Counted from the whole stretch's first letter, positions 27,345 to 41,640 are shown. The stretch: 63,079 nt of DNA, filler included, from Octopus bimaculoides (GCF_001194135.2; 8 parts of 7 records of this genome joined end to end with filler, not necessarily neighbours in it), one strand, 5' to 3'. Notes: generated by a model from the sequence alone, not told the origin. Numbers and translations: made by a program.

Positions 27345-27725
27345 TACATGTCAGATGCTAGGAACAATTCAAAAAGGTAACACCCTAGAGCCTAGAAAGA
27401 AGGTGGCAAAGATAGGCAATGTTATATATCTGGAAGATGCTGGAAGATGCTGGAAGAACTTGTACGAAGCTCTACCATTGGAAATTACACAGACAGTAGA
27501 AATGGCGGCATTGCATAGTGCCAAGACTGCAACATTGCCATCAAGATACAGTACTAGATCCTGCAACAGCTATACGATATCTTCCCCCCAAAAGCCTGAG
27601 AGAACCTCATTGAGTGAATGTAACTGTTTTCGGAACAGACCTGGGTCTCTTCCTATCAAGAGTTCCAGAAGAGCCTATCTCATGTCAGGAAATGCAGTTA
27701 AGGGCAGCAGTATCAATCACTAAAT
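27345..27725 (+). mobile_element. CR1-like LINE RT C-terminal remnant
   Basis: A stop-containing frame reads SLERRWQR*AMLYIWKMLE...RHCIVP...LPPKSLREPH*VNVTVFGTDLGLFLSRVPEEP...RAAVS. This matches the SLERRR.RY.IIY.WKI...LD.FL..VPDEP type of C-terminus. Confidence 0.7.
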
Positions 27726-28696
27726 GCTTCGTATCAGAGGAGGTTTCCAGAAGTGAAATTGTAGCAAAGCTAACGGTGTTGCTCCAGCATGACCGCAACT
27801 ACCGAGCTGAAAGTAGTAATAGATATACCAGATATAGGATACATGCACATACTAGGCTAGATAGCAGGCAATGATATCTTTCTGAACCCACCAACACCAC
27901 CACCACCACTATCACTACCATTTCATTTCTAATGAAATTTTGCAGAGATAGGTTTTTCGAAGGAGTGAATTGCGGTTACAATGATTAAGTTTAGGAAAAT
28001 ATCATATTTATTGCAAAGAGAAAAACGAAAAATTTGTTTTATTCAATTTTGATTTAAGGTAAAAATACTTTTCTCGAAAATTTCTATTCATTTCATCATT
28101 TTATATAGACACCAATAAATTTGATAAGAGTTAAATTGTACATATGCTATGTTTCGTGATAATTCCCACAGTCGTAAAAGAAGTGTTTCCAAACTTAACC
28201 ATCATACGACGAATAACACATGTATATATATATATATATATATNNNNNNNNNNNNNNNNNNNNNNNNNNNNNNNNNNNNNNNNNNNNNNNNNNNNNNNNN
28301 NNNNNNNNNNNNNNNNNNNNNNNNNNNNNNNNNNNNNNNNNNNNNNNNNNNNNNNNNNNNNNNNNNNNNNNNNNNNNNNNNNNNNNNNNNNNNNNNNNNG
28401 TGACACACGAAACCTGTGTCCTTTATAACCTTCGAACAGGGGAGGTCAGCAGTGTCCCCCTGCTGGTTTGGCATCTGCAGACTAGACTAGTTTCAGGGTG
28501 TTGCCCCTTGTCAATGCAGAGTAGCCAAGCCTTAGCCAGGCGGCGCTGCTGACTATCTGCTCGAAGGTTATTTATCTAATTTCAGTGGAATCTATCCACT
28601 GGTTTACAGAAATAGAGTTATTAATATTTCTAAGTCAGTACCGGCAGCGGTACTGGAAATTAATAGTTATCGCCAAGCCAACATGGCAGTCCCAAA

Positions 28697-28760
<64 letters not shown>

Positions 28761-29700
28761 GCTTTTGTAATTTTGTTTGTGGGTGTGCGTGCTTAGATAT
28801 GTGTGATTATACAGGTTATACCATAATAAATACAAACACAACAAGCCTGACTGTCGCGTATCTCTCGTTCACCGTTCACACGCGTTGTTTGTCTGTTCTT
28901 CTCCCTGAAATTAGATATAAATAAATGGATTCCAATCATACGAAAAAAAAAAAGAAAAAAGAAACCAACATCTCTCTTTGATCAACTTGAAATTTAAAAG
29001 CGAAATAATTTCGATGAAATTGAAGAAAAACACTAAAACAAGAATACATCGCTAAAAACAATTGAATCGCAATTCAATTTTAAATGTTTCATGAATTTAA
29101 TTTACTTTTTGGTAATATTTTTTCTTTACTTAACGGTGGTAAATTCGTAGNNNNNNNNNNNNNNNNNNNNNNNNNNNNNNNNNNNNNNNNNNNNNNNNNN
29201 NNNNNNNNNNNNNNNNNNNNNNNNNNNNNNNNNNNNNNNNNNNNNNNNNNNNNNNNNNNNNNNNNNNNNNNNNNNNNNNNNNNNNNNNNNNNNNNNNNNN
29301 NNNNNNNNNNNNNNNNNNNNNNNNNNNNNNNNNNNNNNNNNNNNNNNNNNNNNNNNNNNNNNNNNNNNNNNNNNNNNNNNNNNNNNNNNNNNNNNNNNNN
29401 NNNNNNNNNNNNNNNNNNNNNNNNNNNNNNNNNNNNNNNNNNNNNNNNNNNNNNNNNNNNNNNNNNNNNNNNNNNNNNNNNNNNNNNNNNNNNNNNNNNN
29501 NNNNNNNNNNNNNNNNNNNNNNNNNNNNNNNNNNNNNNNNNNNNNNNNNNNNNNNNNNNNNNNNNNNNNNNNNNNNNNNNNNNNNNNNNNNNNNNNNNNN
29601 NNNNNNNNNNNNNNNNNNNNNNNNNNNNNNNNNNNNNNNNNNNNNNNNNNNNNNNNNNNNNNNNNNNNNNNNNNNNNNNNNAAATGAATAAAAGAATAAA

Positions 29701-29735
<35 letters not shown>

Positions 29736-29816
29736 TGTGAGAGAGAGAGAGAGAGAAAGAAAGAGAGGGAAAGAAAGAGAAGGAAAGAGAGAAGATAGAT
29801 GGACTTCCTTATTTGT

Positions 29817-29950
29817 CTGGTACTTAATCTATCGATTGTAAAATGATGAAAAAGCAAACCTGGTTTCGATGAGAATCGAAATCGAAACCCAGAGCACAGG
29901 AACGAATACCAGGGGGTACTTCCTCAGCCGCTGCAACCATTCTGCCAATT
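29817..29950 (-). mobile_element. SINE family A, decayed
   Basis: ctggtacttaatctatcga...ccattctgccaa is the reverse complement of the core and head. Confidence 0.55.
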
Positions 29951-30723
29951 TGTTCTTTTGAATATATGCTACGAGGTTCAAGCACTGGACTGGCATATTT
30001 ATAATATTTTTTGAGAGCAGTAGCTGCATTTTATTCCTTGAACTAGGATGAGCAAATGACGAAAAAAGCGCAGTATACTTTATATCACACTGTATTGTAT
30101 TTACCAAGGAAAGGACATGTTGGAAATGATTGAAGTCAGTCATGCGTGAATAGTACAGGTGACAATTAATTTGTTCTCAAAGAAGAAGATTAGCAGAAAT
30201 AGGTAATAGCTAGAAACGTGAATCAAATGTAAGCCAGTCTGATTATTAGGAGCTTACATATCTTATAAACTCTTCCGCCTGTGTTTAAAATACTCGTCTG
30301 TCATGCCGATGTAGTTCGACAGTTGATTGTACAGAAGAAACATCTAAAAGAATTGATTGTGACATTGTGCGTCTAGGGGAGATAATTCTGTTGAAAAATA
30401 TATTTGTAATGGAAAAATCAAAAAGGAAAAAATTCAAAAGTGATGAAGCACACGAATATTAACGCATTCGATATCATTTCCTTCTCTTTTTATTTGGATA
30501 TTTCTTATTTCATTTCATTTATTTTTTGCTGTGGTATTTGCTACTTGGTAGTGGTGGGGGCGGGGTTGGCAAAAAAAAACTGAGGGAAAAATAAAAGCTG
30601 AAATATTTTAAGTTTACGAGAGAATTCCATTTAAAGTATCTGACATTAAAATTCTGAATTTTTAAAGAAACTGAATAGAAACAGTAATCACTTTTGACGG
30701 AATAATAACCATATAACCACAAA

Positions 30724-30765
<42 letters not shown>

Positions 30766-31068
30766 GTGACGACGATGATGATGTATAACTAAAAAATAAT
30801 AATATTTCAGATTCCTTTGTGGAATATTTGAATCGAATTCTTCCTTTAACACCTAGATAATTCTCACAGAAAAACATGTAATTAAGAAGGATGCCGTGAA
30901 ATCAGCTCCAATTTCATTAATGAATCACATTTTAATGGCCCGTCTGGAATTATGAAAACAAATTCAGGTTATCTAAATTTCTATTTTCCTTTTATTATTC
31001 TAATTTTGTAATTATTATTATTATTATCATTATTATTATTATTATTATTATTATCATTATTATTATTA

Positions 31069-31127
<59 letters not shown>

Positions 31128-31405
31128 GCCTTTGCATACCTTCTAACGCTGGAGATGTATTACAGTGTCAGCTGTTCACTACCAGCGAACTAAGGTAACA
31201 CCTCTTATTTTTCGAGCACCTTCCGTAGTATTCGAGCGGTTCCAAGCAGTACTGTTTTCTAAAAGTGCTCCACCCTTATTGCAGCCCCTATTTGCTCCAC
31301 GTATTTCTCGAGATGTTTGCTCACTGTTCCCAGGGATCCGACAATTATTGGTACTACCGCTACCGTTTTCATTGACAACAACTGCTTAACTTCCCAAGCT
31401 ATCCT
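31128..31405 (-). mobile_element. Dong/R4-like LINE 3' end abutting (TAA)n
   Basis: Minus strand: IAWEVKQLLSMKTVAVVPIIVGSLGTVSKHLEKYVEQIGAAIRVEHF*KTVLLGTARILRKVLEK*. A short 3'UTR runs straight into (AAT)n at ~31010-31127. Confidence 0.88.
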
Positions 31406-32554
31406 TGTTTATTTTTATTTTAATCATCTTACTTTGAACTTGTATGGATAATAACTTACTAAATTCTGGTGCCTCAAATTAAGTACCATATTCATCTGAA
31501 TCTAAATTTTTGCTGAACTCATATATGTATGCATATATATACATGCATACATACACACACACACACACACACACACGCATGCTAGCGTTAGTAAAGTGAG
31601 ATTCAAAACGAGCAACTTGAAGTGGTAAGTCAGAAAGTGGGTAGCAGTGAAAGAAAGAGAGAAAGAAAGGAAGATAAATGACAGAAATTGAAAAACTGTG
31701 AATGAGATTAATGCGAAAATTAAACACAGGAAAACGAAAACAAGACAACCCCCAAAAATGGCGGGGGAAAGCTACAAACAAACAACGGAGAGCTTATATT
31801 GCTGTAAAATAAATACAAGCATGTATATGTGTATGTGTGTGTGTGTGTGCTTGTGTGTGTGCGGACTTGTGTGTATATGTGTGTGTGTGTGTGAGAGAGA
31901 GATCGTTTTTGTACTGTGCTGACAGTATCCAAATAGGCCTCGCCACATTGTACACTCCTTTGTGTAGGTGCGCGAGTTAGCAACGTAAATGAAGCCAACT
32001 GCAGCCGCAGCCCAGCAACCAACATGTCAGTGTCACACAATAGAAAAACCATTTTTTTTCCCGCCTTTCGCCACAATAACCGACATCACAGCCATTGCCT
32101 AAACATTGAAGTCCGCTCATTGACGCAACACTAAATACTGAATACATATTCATAATAGTTACTTACGTTGACCGCATTATCTTATCATAGGTTTATCTAT
32201 CTATCTATCTATCTGTTTTTACGCACACACATACGTACGATATACAAGCACAGAGTCGTGCATATATACATACATATATACATACATATATATATATATA
32301 TATAAATATATATATGTATATATATATNNNNNNNNNNNNNNNNNNNNNNNNNNNNNNNNNNNNNNNNNNNNNNNNNNNNNNNNNNNNNNNNNNNNNNNNN
32401 NNNNNNNNNNNNNNNNNNNNNNNNNNNNNNNNNNNNNNNNNNNNNNNNNNNNNNNNNNNNNNNNNNNNNNNNNNNNNNNNNNNNNNNNNNNNNNNNNNNN
32501 NNNNNNNNNNNNNNNNNNNNNNNNNNNNNNNNNNNNNNNNNNNNNNNNTATATG

Positions 32555-32597
<43 letters not shown>

Positions 32598-33014
32598 ATA
32601 TATATGCATGTGTTTATCTATGTATGCATACATTATGCATGTATCACTCTCTCTCTCTCATTTTCTCTCTCTCTCTCTCTCTCTCCCTTTCTCTCTCTCT
32701 CTCTCTACATATATATATTGCGTTACATTAAATAATAGCATTAACACCACGTAATAAATACATAACCAGACACCAAACTGAAAGCGAAGGTCACCAAATC
32801 CTCATCAGGGGGTCAAACGCAATTTATATGCATATACATATATATATGTATATATGTATTCATATATATAAATATGTATATGTATTTGCAAGTGTATACA
32901 CATGTGTATATGCGTGTATGTAAATATACAACCGGACATATATTTTACGTCATGTAAATATTGCTCGAACATTTCGAGTCTGTTTCTTTTTCGGATATAT
33001 GATCCACTGTTGAC

Positions 33015-33111
<97 letters not shown>

Positions 33112-34285
33112 TACGTGTGTTTGTACTTCTGTGTGTGTGCATAATTCACAACAGCTCTTTCCATAGCATTTTATTGATGCCTTCTTCACGTGATTTTAAG
33201 CATAGATACATACGGAACTTTTGTTTTCATTGTGGATACATTCCTTTCAATATGGAAGGTTAATTCTTCGCTCTCTTATATTATTGAAAATATTTCAGTG
33301 TATATACCTGTTCGTACATACAGCTAAAGACTGGTTGACAATCACGGAAGAAGGAGGGAGATTATAGTGCAATTTTAGTACTTCCCTGAAGTGGAAAGAA
33401 TTTAGGCTCAGTTTGAATGCCTATAGTTTGGTTAAGACTAGACTTTCAGTTATTTATTTTAAGCATTCAAATGTAACCAAGCAAGCTAACGCTGAGCTTG
33501 TCATTTACTTTAAGAATGTGTGTGTTCCTTCGTTTTTTATATCTTGTTTTGTACGGGTTAGCAGATAATTCAGTATAAGGTTTTTTAACATAATGTCGCA
33601 TTCATTTACTTGAGATAAGAGATAAATTTGGACGAGTGGATATATAAGCTGGCGTATGCAGTACCAAGGTTGTACATTTTTGGATAATAAGTAAAATACA
33701 GAGTCTGATGTCGTAAACATAGCACATTCACGGAAATGCAGAAGATTTAGTGTAATGTAATACGAAATTTTATATCTTTTTATTAAAAACTTTGTAATCT
33801 ATACAGCAGAGTAATTTTTTTTCCAAAGTTTAAAAATGTTAAGAATGTTTTGTCCACGTGTGTAGAAACGCATTTGTTGAAAGAAGGGTATATTAGGTGA
33901 TATTTCTGAATTTGTCTTGAATTTGAGTTTATTATATTTTCTGTTCTTTTATGTATCCAAGTTACCCGATGGGTTTTCTATATCGTAATGCTTTGAAACA
34001 TCAGTGAACGGAGCTTTATTGGAAACCAAGCTTAACTACAAAGTGGACCGAGTCACATTAAATATTGCTACGGTGATTGGAGAATATATATGTGCAGTTT
34101 AACACATCTGGTTTCCTGCACCGAGAGAACTGTGAGATTTGGAAGTTGAAAGCAGCTTCAAAAGAGTTTACTATCTGGGGGTCAGAACAGACACATATAT
34201 TTGTGTTGAATAACACAAAATAAAAAAATATAGAATCCCGATTTAAATCTATCAATATGCTATTTATTTAGGTTTCAGGGCGTTA

Positions 34286-34770
34286 CGAGGGCGTTTCAAC
34301 ACATACCATGATTGGTAATTATATGGGAATACTGACTGTAAACAGTGAAGATCTAGTTAGTTCTACGATATTGCTCACCACCGTCAAATTCTTTGTGGAA
34401 ACGGAAAGTTTTCAATGTTTCTCAATCCAAGTGCTACAGTTATACAATATGTTTTCTCTAGTGTATATAATTATATCGATTTCCAAATCACTGATAGGTG
34501 AAAAGGTCTTTTCGAATCCAATGCATCAATCAACAGAGGTCATGAAGTTAATAGGTAATAGCTTTGGATATCAAATTTTCAGTTTCCTTTGTTTTGTGCT
34601 GATTTCGACTGTTTTGGAAATGTTCCAAAAGGAACAACAGGATGTTGCTTCGATTTTGGAATATATCTTATCGATGATACAGTTGCTGAACATTTCCATA
34701 TCAATTTTGGTTGGTTTGAGTATTGTTCTTGCGTGTATGCCAGTAAAACTGAGTTTATGGTGCTATGGTC
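34286..34770 (-). mobile_element. Highly decayed mariner 3' end
   Basis: TIR TA-cgagggcgtttcaa at 34284. The minus-strand peptide KLIWKCSATVSSIRYIPKSKQHPVVPF loosely matches the W..L.HP.YSPDLAPSD.HLF region. Confidence 0.45.
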
Positions 34771-35330
34771 CTTAAAAGTAATGTATGGGTTTTGCAATAA
34801 GACGTATTTCACATGCTTTTATTATTGTAACTCTCGTACAATTTAGACAATTCGCTAGAAAAGCAGTGATAAATTATAATCTCGAACAATCTCTTCAAGT
34901 TAATTGGAATTTAGACTTTGTTGCATATCCAGAGCTGCTTACTTTAAAATGCCACAACAAATACAAGTCCATCCATCTATCCGTCGACAGATACATGCAT
35001 ATAGACATACAGAAAGCATATTAAGAATACATACACATGCATGTGGTGTATATGTGGGTGTGTGTGTGTGAATATATATATATATATATATATTCATACA
35101 AGGTGTGGCCAATACATTGTCGTTTAAATTACGCAAAAAGGAAAATAACGCTGACATCTCATATTGATATATATTTACTAAAATTACATAAAAATATCTT
35201 GAAATACTAAGGATAAATTTATTCAATAAAAACCTGCACAGCTTAATAAATGGTTCAGCTCATGCACAAAATCTGCTTCGTGGATGCATCGAGGACCAAC
35301 ATTAAGGACAATTTGATCAATTCCCATATA

Positions 35331-36191
35331 CGTGGTCTGATCAATAAACATCAAGTATGGTGACATAGTAACGAAACTAAAGCAAGTCGAGTGAAGCCCC
35401 TTGGCACAGATAAATCCTGAACTCTGCTATACATGTGCACTAAGTGTTCATGTTCTCGCTCACTTCCATTGTATATAGCAGTGCTTTGAAGGAACGTCTG
35501 TCGCTTGTGATCGTCGCATTGAACATGTCGGAGATAGGTCAGCAGAGAATCTGTGTCAGATTTTGCCAAAAGCGTAGGGTTACTTGCTCAGGGGCCTACG
35601 CAAGGTTTTCAAACGGTTTTCAACGTTCTCGATGCAATCAAAGAGATTTTGTGCAAGTGAAATCCGAGTGTACTTTTGGTCTGCTGAAAGCAGTTTTGGC
35701 ACAAAACGTGGCAGACACGCGTCTCGTACCCAAATCAACAGTGATAATAGAGTGAACTGAACCGTAACTAATCTGCACATCCTCTGATAACTCACGGATG
35801 GTAATTCGATGATTTCCTCTCACAGCTTCCAGCACATCTGTGATGATTTTCTCAGTTCTTCTGGTTTCGGGTCTTCCAGGACGTTCATCAATATCGACAT
35901 TTTTCGGCCATCTTGGAAACGTCTGAACCACTCGTACATTCCTTCCTCACCATACAACTTCTACAACTTTGTGTTAGCCATTGAGGCCTCTCTGACATGG
36001 TCAATGTGACGATCACACGCTACACACCTTCCTTCCAAGCACTGTTGTAAATAATAGAAGTGAGCTAGAACGTTAAAACTTAGTGCGCATGCACAGAAGA
36101 TTTCAAGGTCAGTCTGTACCAGGCGGCATCACTCTGCGTGCTTTAGCTTCGTTACTATGGTAACAGTCCGGATATTATTGATTAGAACTCG
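35331..36191. mobile_element. Mariner-derived foldback element made of two inverted 5' halves
   Basis: TA on both flanks (35329-30, 36192-93). The left arm (+) and right arm (-) each carry TIR, 5'UTR and transposase start. Left: MSEIGQQRICVRFCQK. Right: YEWFRRFQDGRK..DERPGRP..RITIRELSEDVQISYGSVHSII..FVPKLL. Confidence 0.88.
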
Positions 36192-36303
36192 TATTTTCTA
36201 ACATCGGATGCGCGCGGCTTAGTGGTTAGGACGTTGAACCCATGAAAATTGCGCTTTCCTAGTCTGGGTGATGGGCTGTGTTCTAGAATAAAGCACTTCA
36301 TGT

Positions 36304-36344
<41 letters not shown>

Positions 36345-37309
36345 TGTGTGTTTCTGTGCGTGTGTAGAGTGAGAGACAGAGAAAGAGTTAGAGACGGAGA
36401 GAGAGAAAGATCGAGTGACCTACATTTCAAAATGATTATAGATATATACAGGTATATGCATACATAGATACAAATATTACGTATATACATGTATATATAT
36501 ATATANNNNNNNNNNNNNNNNNNNNNNNNNNNNNNNNNNNNNNNNNNNNNNNNNNNNNNNNNNNNNNNNNNNNNNNNNNNNNNNNNNNNNNNNNNNNNNN
36601 NNNNNNNNNNNNNNNNNNNNNNNNNNNNNNNNNNNNNNNNNNNNNNNNNNNNNNNNNNNNNNNNNNNNNNNNNNNNNNNNNNNNNNNNNNNNNNNNNNNN
36701 NNNNNNNNNNNNNNNNNNNNNNNNNNNNNNNNNNNNNNNNNNNNNNNNNNNNNNNNNNNNNNNNNNNNNNNNNNNNNNNNNNNNNNNNNNNNNNNNNNNN
36801 NNNNNNNNNNNNNNNNNNNNNNNNNNNNNNNNNNNNNNNNNNNNNNNNNNNNNNNNNNNNNNNNNNNNNNNNNNNNNNNNNNNNNNNNNNNNNNNNNNNN
36901 NNNNNNNNNNNNNNNNNNNNNNNNNNNNNNNNNNNNNNNNNNNNNNNNNNNNNNNNNNNNNNNNNNNNNNNNNNNNNNNNNNNNNNNNNNNNNNNNNNNN
37001 NNNNNNNNNNNNNNNNNNNNNNNNNNNNNNNNNNNNNNNNNNNNNNNNNNNNNNNNNNNNNNNNNNNNNNNNNNNNNNNNNNNNNNNNNNNNNNNNNNNN
37101 NNNNNNNNNNNNNNNNNNNNNNNNNNNNNNNNNNNNNNNNNNNNNNNNNNNNNNNNNNNNNNNNNNNNNNNNNNNNNNNNNNNNNNNNNNNAACTCATAT
37201 ACACACAAGCAAATGCATATATATATATATAGACATTCATGTATATACGTATAAATACGGCTGGATAGAAACATAAAGGCATCTCTGTCTACTTATATTT
37301 ATACGAATA

Positions 37310-37352
<43 letters not shown>

Positions 37353-38297
37353 GTTTGTGCGTGTATTTGTGTGTATGCACCTATGCATGTATGTGCATGT
37401 TGTGTGTGCTCGTGTGTTCGCGTATGTGTGCGTGTGAATGCATGTGTGTGTTTGTGTGTGTGTGTGCGTGTACGTATGCGCATGTATTGCATGTTTTCCC
37501 CCAAATCCTTGAAAATATACATGAACGCTTTTACAGACAGATAACTATCGCGCCTCAAAGCGAAGCCTAATAGAGATAGCCAAACCGTTTCATCTCAACA
37601 AAGAAATGAAGCTGGATACAACACTGAAATTCAAACCAATTTTCATCTCCTGGCATATATACATATATACATTCCTTTCATATCTGTTTATGTGTGTTTA
37701 TATATATATATATATATATNNNNNNNNNNNNNNNNNNNNNNNNNNNNNNNNNNNNNNNNNNNNNNNNNNNNNNNNNNNNNNNNNNNNNNNNNNNNNNNNN
37801 NNNNNNNNNNNNNNNNNNNNNNNNNNNNNNNNNNNNNNNNNNNNNNNNNNNNNNNNNNNNNNNNNNNNNNNNNNNNNNNNNNNNNNNNNNNNNNNNNNNN
37901 NNNNNNNNNNNNNNNNNNNNNNNNNNNNNNNNNNNNNNNNNNNNNNNNNNNNNNNNNNNNNNNNNNNNNNNNNNNNNNNNNNNNNNNNNNNNNNNNNNNN
38001 NNNNNNNNNNNNNNNNNNNNNNNNNNNNNNNNNNNNNNNNNNNNNNNNNNNNNNNNNNNNNNNNNNNNNNNNNNNNNNNNNNNNNNNNNNNNNNNNNNNN
38101 NNNNNNNNNNNNNNNNNNNNNNNNNNNNNNNNNNNNNNNNNNNNNNNNNNNNNNNNNNNNNNNNNNNNNNNNNNNNNNNNNNNNNNNNNNNNNNNNNNNN
38201 NNNNNNNNNNNNNNNNNNNNNNNNNNNNNNNNNNNNNNNNNNNNNNNNNNNNNNNNNNNNNNNNNNNNNNNNNNNNNNNNNNNNNNNNNNNNNNNNN

Positions 38298-38330
<33 letters not shown>

Positions 38331-38429
38331 GTTTATACACACCAGTATCTATGTATCGGGTACGGTTTACTTTGCCTTTTTATCCAAAATTTCCCACTTG
38401 GATATTAAGATTGTTGTTGTTGGTTTTGA

Positions 38430-38462
<33 letters not shown>

Positions 38463-38542
38463 TTTCGATGGTGTTGTTTGCGTTGTTTTTGCCATTGTTG
38501 TTTTTGTTGTGGTTATTGTTGTTGCTGTTGTTATTGCTGGGC

Positions 38543-38760
38543 TAAGGGCCAAGTGTTGACCGAGAAAACAGACCTAATAAGAATTGCGAGGTCGTTAATT
38601 GGACGAGAAGCCTGCTCACTGCGTGGATATATGGGTTCAAACCGTTCACTTTTCTGCATATCCGAGGACGTTACTGAACATTCCGTCAACCGTGTGACAA
38701 TTAATCGCACGTGCTTCAGCATGGCCGCAGTCAAAATGACTGAAACATGTAAAACAATAA
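38543..38760 (+). mobile_element. SINE 3' portion (family C-like body, family B-type tail)
   Basis: Ends in cagcatggccgcagtcaaaatgactgaaacatgtaaaa, the same tail as 57765-57810. Confidence 0.65.
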
Positions 38761-39283
38761 TAGAATAATATATGTTATAGAGGTTGTCCCCTGTTTTATC
38801 TACTCTGCTTTTCGAACGCTTGGGACAAGACGTGACTTCGTTAAAACAGTCGTTCCCGATTATATAAACGTTCAAACAGGAAATAGGAAATTTAGAAAAA
38901 TGCAAATAAAAGAGATACCCACAGACACACAGACACAAAATTCCCCAGAAATCGATAAGTTACTTGTTTTGCGACTAGTTTGTATGTTGAGTATTATTAA
39001 TTTTATTTCTCTCCTGTTATTTTTGCTGACGTTTTCTTTGTGTGGCCGTATTTAATCCAGCGTGAATGTTTTATTGGTGATATATACATGCGTACACACT
39101 TATGTACACAGGCATATTTCAAACACACACGGTCGCGCGTGCGCACACGTGGGTATATATTCTTTACATTTGTGTTTAAATATGTAAAACATATATGTTC
39201 TTACATAAGTACCAAAGCGTATAAGCGTATGATTGTGTATTTATAGATATATATACATATATATATATATGTATATATATACA

Positions 39284-39330
<47 letters not shown>

Positions 39331-40088
39331 NNNNNNNNNNCGGTCGCGCGTGCGCACACGTGGGTATATATTCTTTACATTTGTGTTTAAATATGTAAAA
39401 CATATATGTTCTTACATAAGTACCAAAGCGTATAAGCGTATGATTGTGTATTTATAGATATATATACATATATATATATATGTATGTATGTATACACACA
39501 TACCGAGAGAAGTACGAAACACTTTGGGTTGAGTACAATAGATTATTCAATGCTATGCTTACGATTATATACATACATAGAGGGATATATTTCCCTTACA
39601 CACACACACACACACATACACACACACACACAAAGATATGCACACAAGCACACACACATATGTAGACAGGATTTAAAGTTTTTAAATTTTATATATACCG
39701 TATTGAGTTCTTTCTCCGCTGAAAAGCAAAGTACGTCATTGGAATTCCATCAGACATTGCATACATACATACATTCAAACATACATACATACAAACGTAC
39801 ATACATGCATGCATACATACATACATACATACATACATTCACACATGCATATGACATACATACACAGGAATGAATACATGTATGTTTTTTAATGAATATA
39901 CATATCTACATTATTAATAATGACACATATATATATATGTGAGTATGTATACATATATATCTATATGTATACGTATATACATATATATATTAATATTTAT
40001 ATACATATATATGTGTATATATAAATGTGTATGTGTGTGTGTATCTTTGTCTGTATGTATTATCTATCTATCTATATATCTATCTACC

Positions 40089-40145
<57 letters not shown>

Positions 40146-40363
40146 ATACGTGTGTGTGTAAGTATATATGCGTGTGCCTATATGTGTATATATAAGTATA
40201 TATGTAAATGTATGCATATATCTTCATTTATACATACATATTAAGACATGTTTACCTATCTATATATTAATATACACATAATAGTACATATATACATAAA
40301 TTGTAGAAAAATCCTGGGTATTTTTTGTGATTGTGCGGATGTTTACTATTATTATTATTATTA

Positions 40364-40431
<68 letters not shown>

Positions 40432-41020
40432 GCTATTATTGTTATTTCTCAAAATAGTGCGTTAGTTTATTTGATATTTGTCCAACATTTTTCGTCTTTC
40501 GTGTTTTTGTTTCACAGCAATATCCATCTCGTTCTTCTTCTACATCCGTCTAAAATATAAAATATCCGTATGATTTGAAAAACAAAATGAAAATTATAAA
40601 GAAGAAAACGTTATATTCCTTTTTCACCATTCTGCTTATTTCTTTGTTTCTTGGTTTTTATTTCATTTTAATAATAAACATTCAACAATTTCAATACGAA
40701 ATTGTTTTTGAATATCATTTCGGATTTGATATTTGTATAAATATTTTTATCGGTTGATTGATTTGTTTAGATCGATATTTTATATTCCTTGCCCCAAAAA
40801 ATAGAATCAATAAACGAGTTTTGCTTTTCGACTGGAAATATAATCTGAAATACCGCTATGAACAATAAGCAGTGAAATTGTTTGTAAAAAGAACAGACAA
40901 ACTCTTGTATGTACATACCTACATACACGCACTTGCCCCTTCATACGCACATACATACATTCATATGAATGTATAAATGTGTATACACACACACACACAT
41001 ACACAGACACACACATATAT

Positions 41021-41055
<35 letters not shown>

Positions 41056-41096
41056 ACATATAAATGTAAGTATGTATATATATATATAGTTATACA

Positions 41097-41139
<43 letters not shown>

Positions 41140-41308
41140 GTACATCAAAGTCTAATAATGTTTCAAATTACAAATCAAGGTGCATAATATGTTTGTGATG
41201 AAATAGTAATATTNNNNNNNNNNNNNNNNNNNNNNNNNNGGTGCTGGTGGTGCTGGTGGTGGTAGTAGTAGTAGTGGTGGCGGTGGTGGTAGCAGCAGCA
41301 GCAGCAAC

Positions 41309-41356
<48 letters not shown>

Positions 41357-41375
41357 TGCTGTTGTTGTTTTTGCT

Positions 41376-41407
<32 letters not shown>

Positions 41408-41526
41408 TGTAGTAGTAGTAGCAGCAGTAATTAGAAGAATGAAAATAATATTCCTTTCTAGCATAAGCAGGAAGCCTGGAAATTTGGTGGACGGAAGGAA
41501 GTCGATTACGTCGTCGCCACAGCTCT

Positions 41527-41640
41527 TTTCGTAGACCCGGAAAAGATCATAGTTAAATATGACCCCCGTCGCATTTGAACTCAGGACATAATACTGGAAA
41601 ATATTACGCGAAGCATCTTGTCCGACGTGCTAACGATGCA
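41527..41640 (-). mobile_element. SINE family A, decayed
   Basis: gacccggaaaag...tttgaactcagga...aagcat...cgtgctaacgat. Confidence 0.6.

Noticed and set aside
31980-32100. EGF-like GCDVGYCGER on the minus strand
   Set aside because: Cysteine spacing is incomplete and the strand is opposite to the kinase; likely chance.
34308-34775. 155-aa hydrophobic ORF
   Set aside because: It begins just inside a mariner TIR and is best explained as the antisense of a decayed transposase region.
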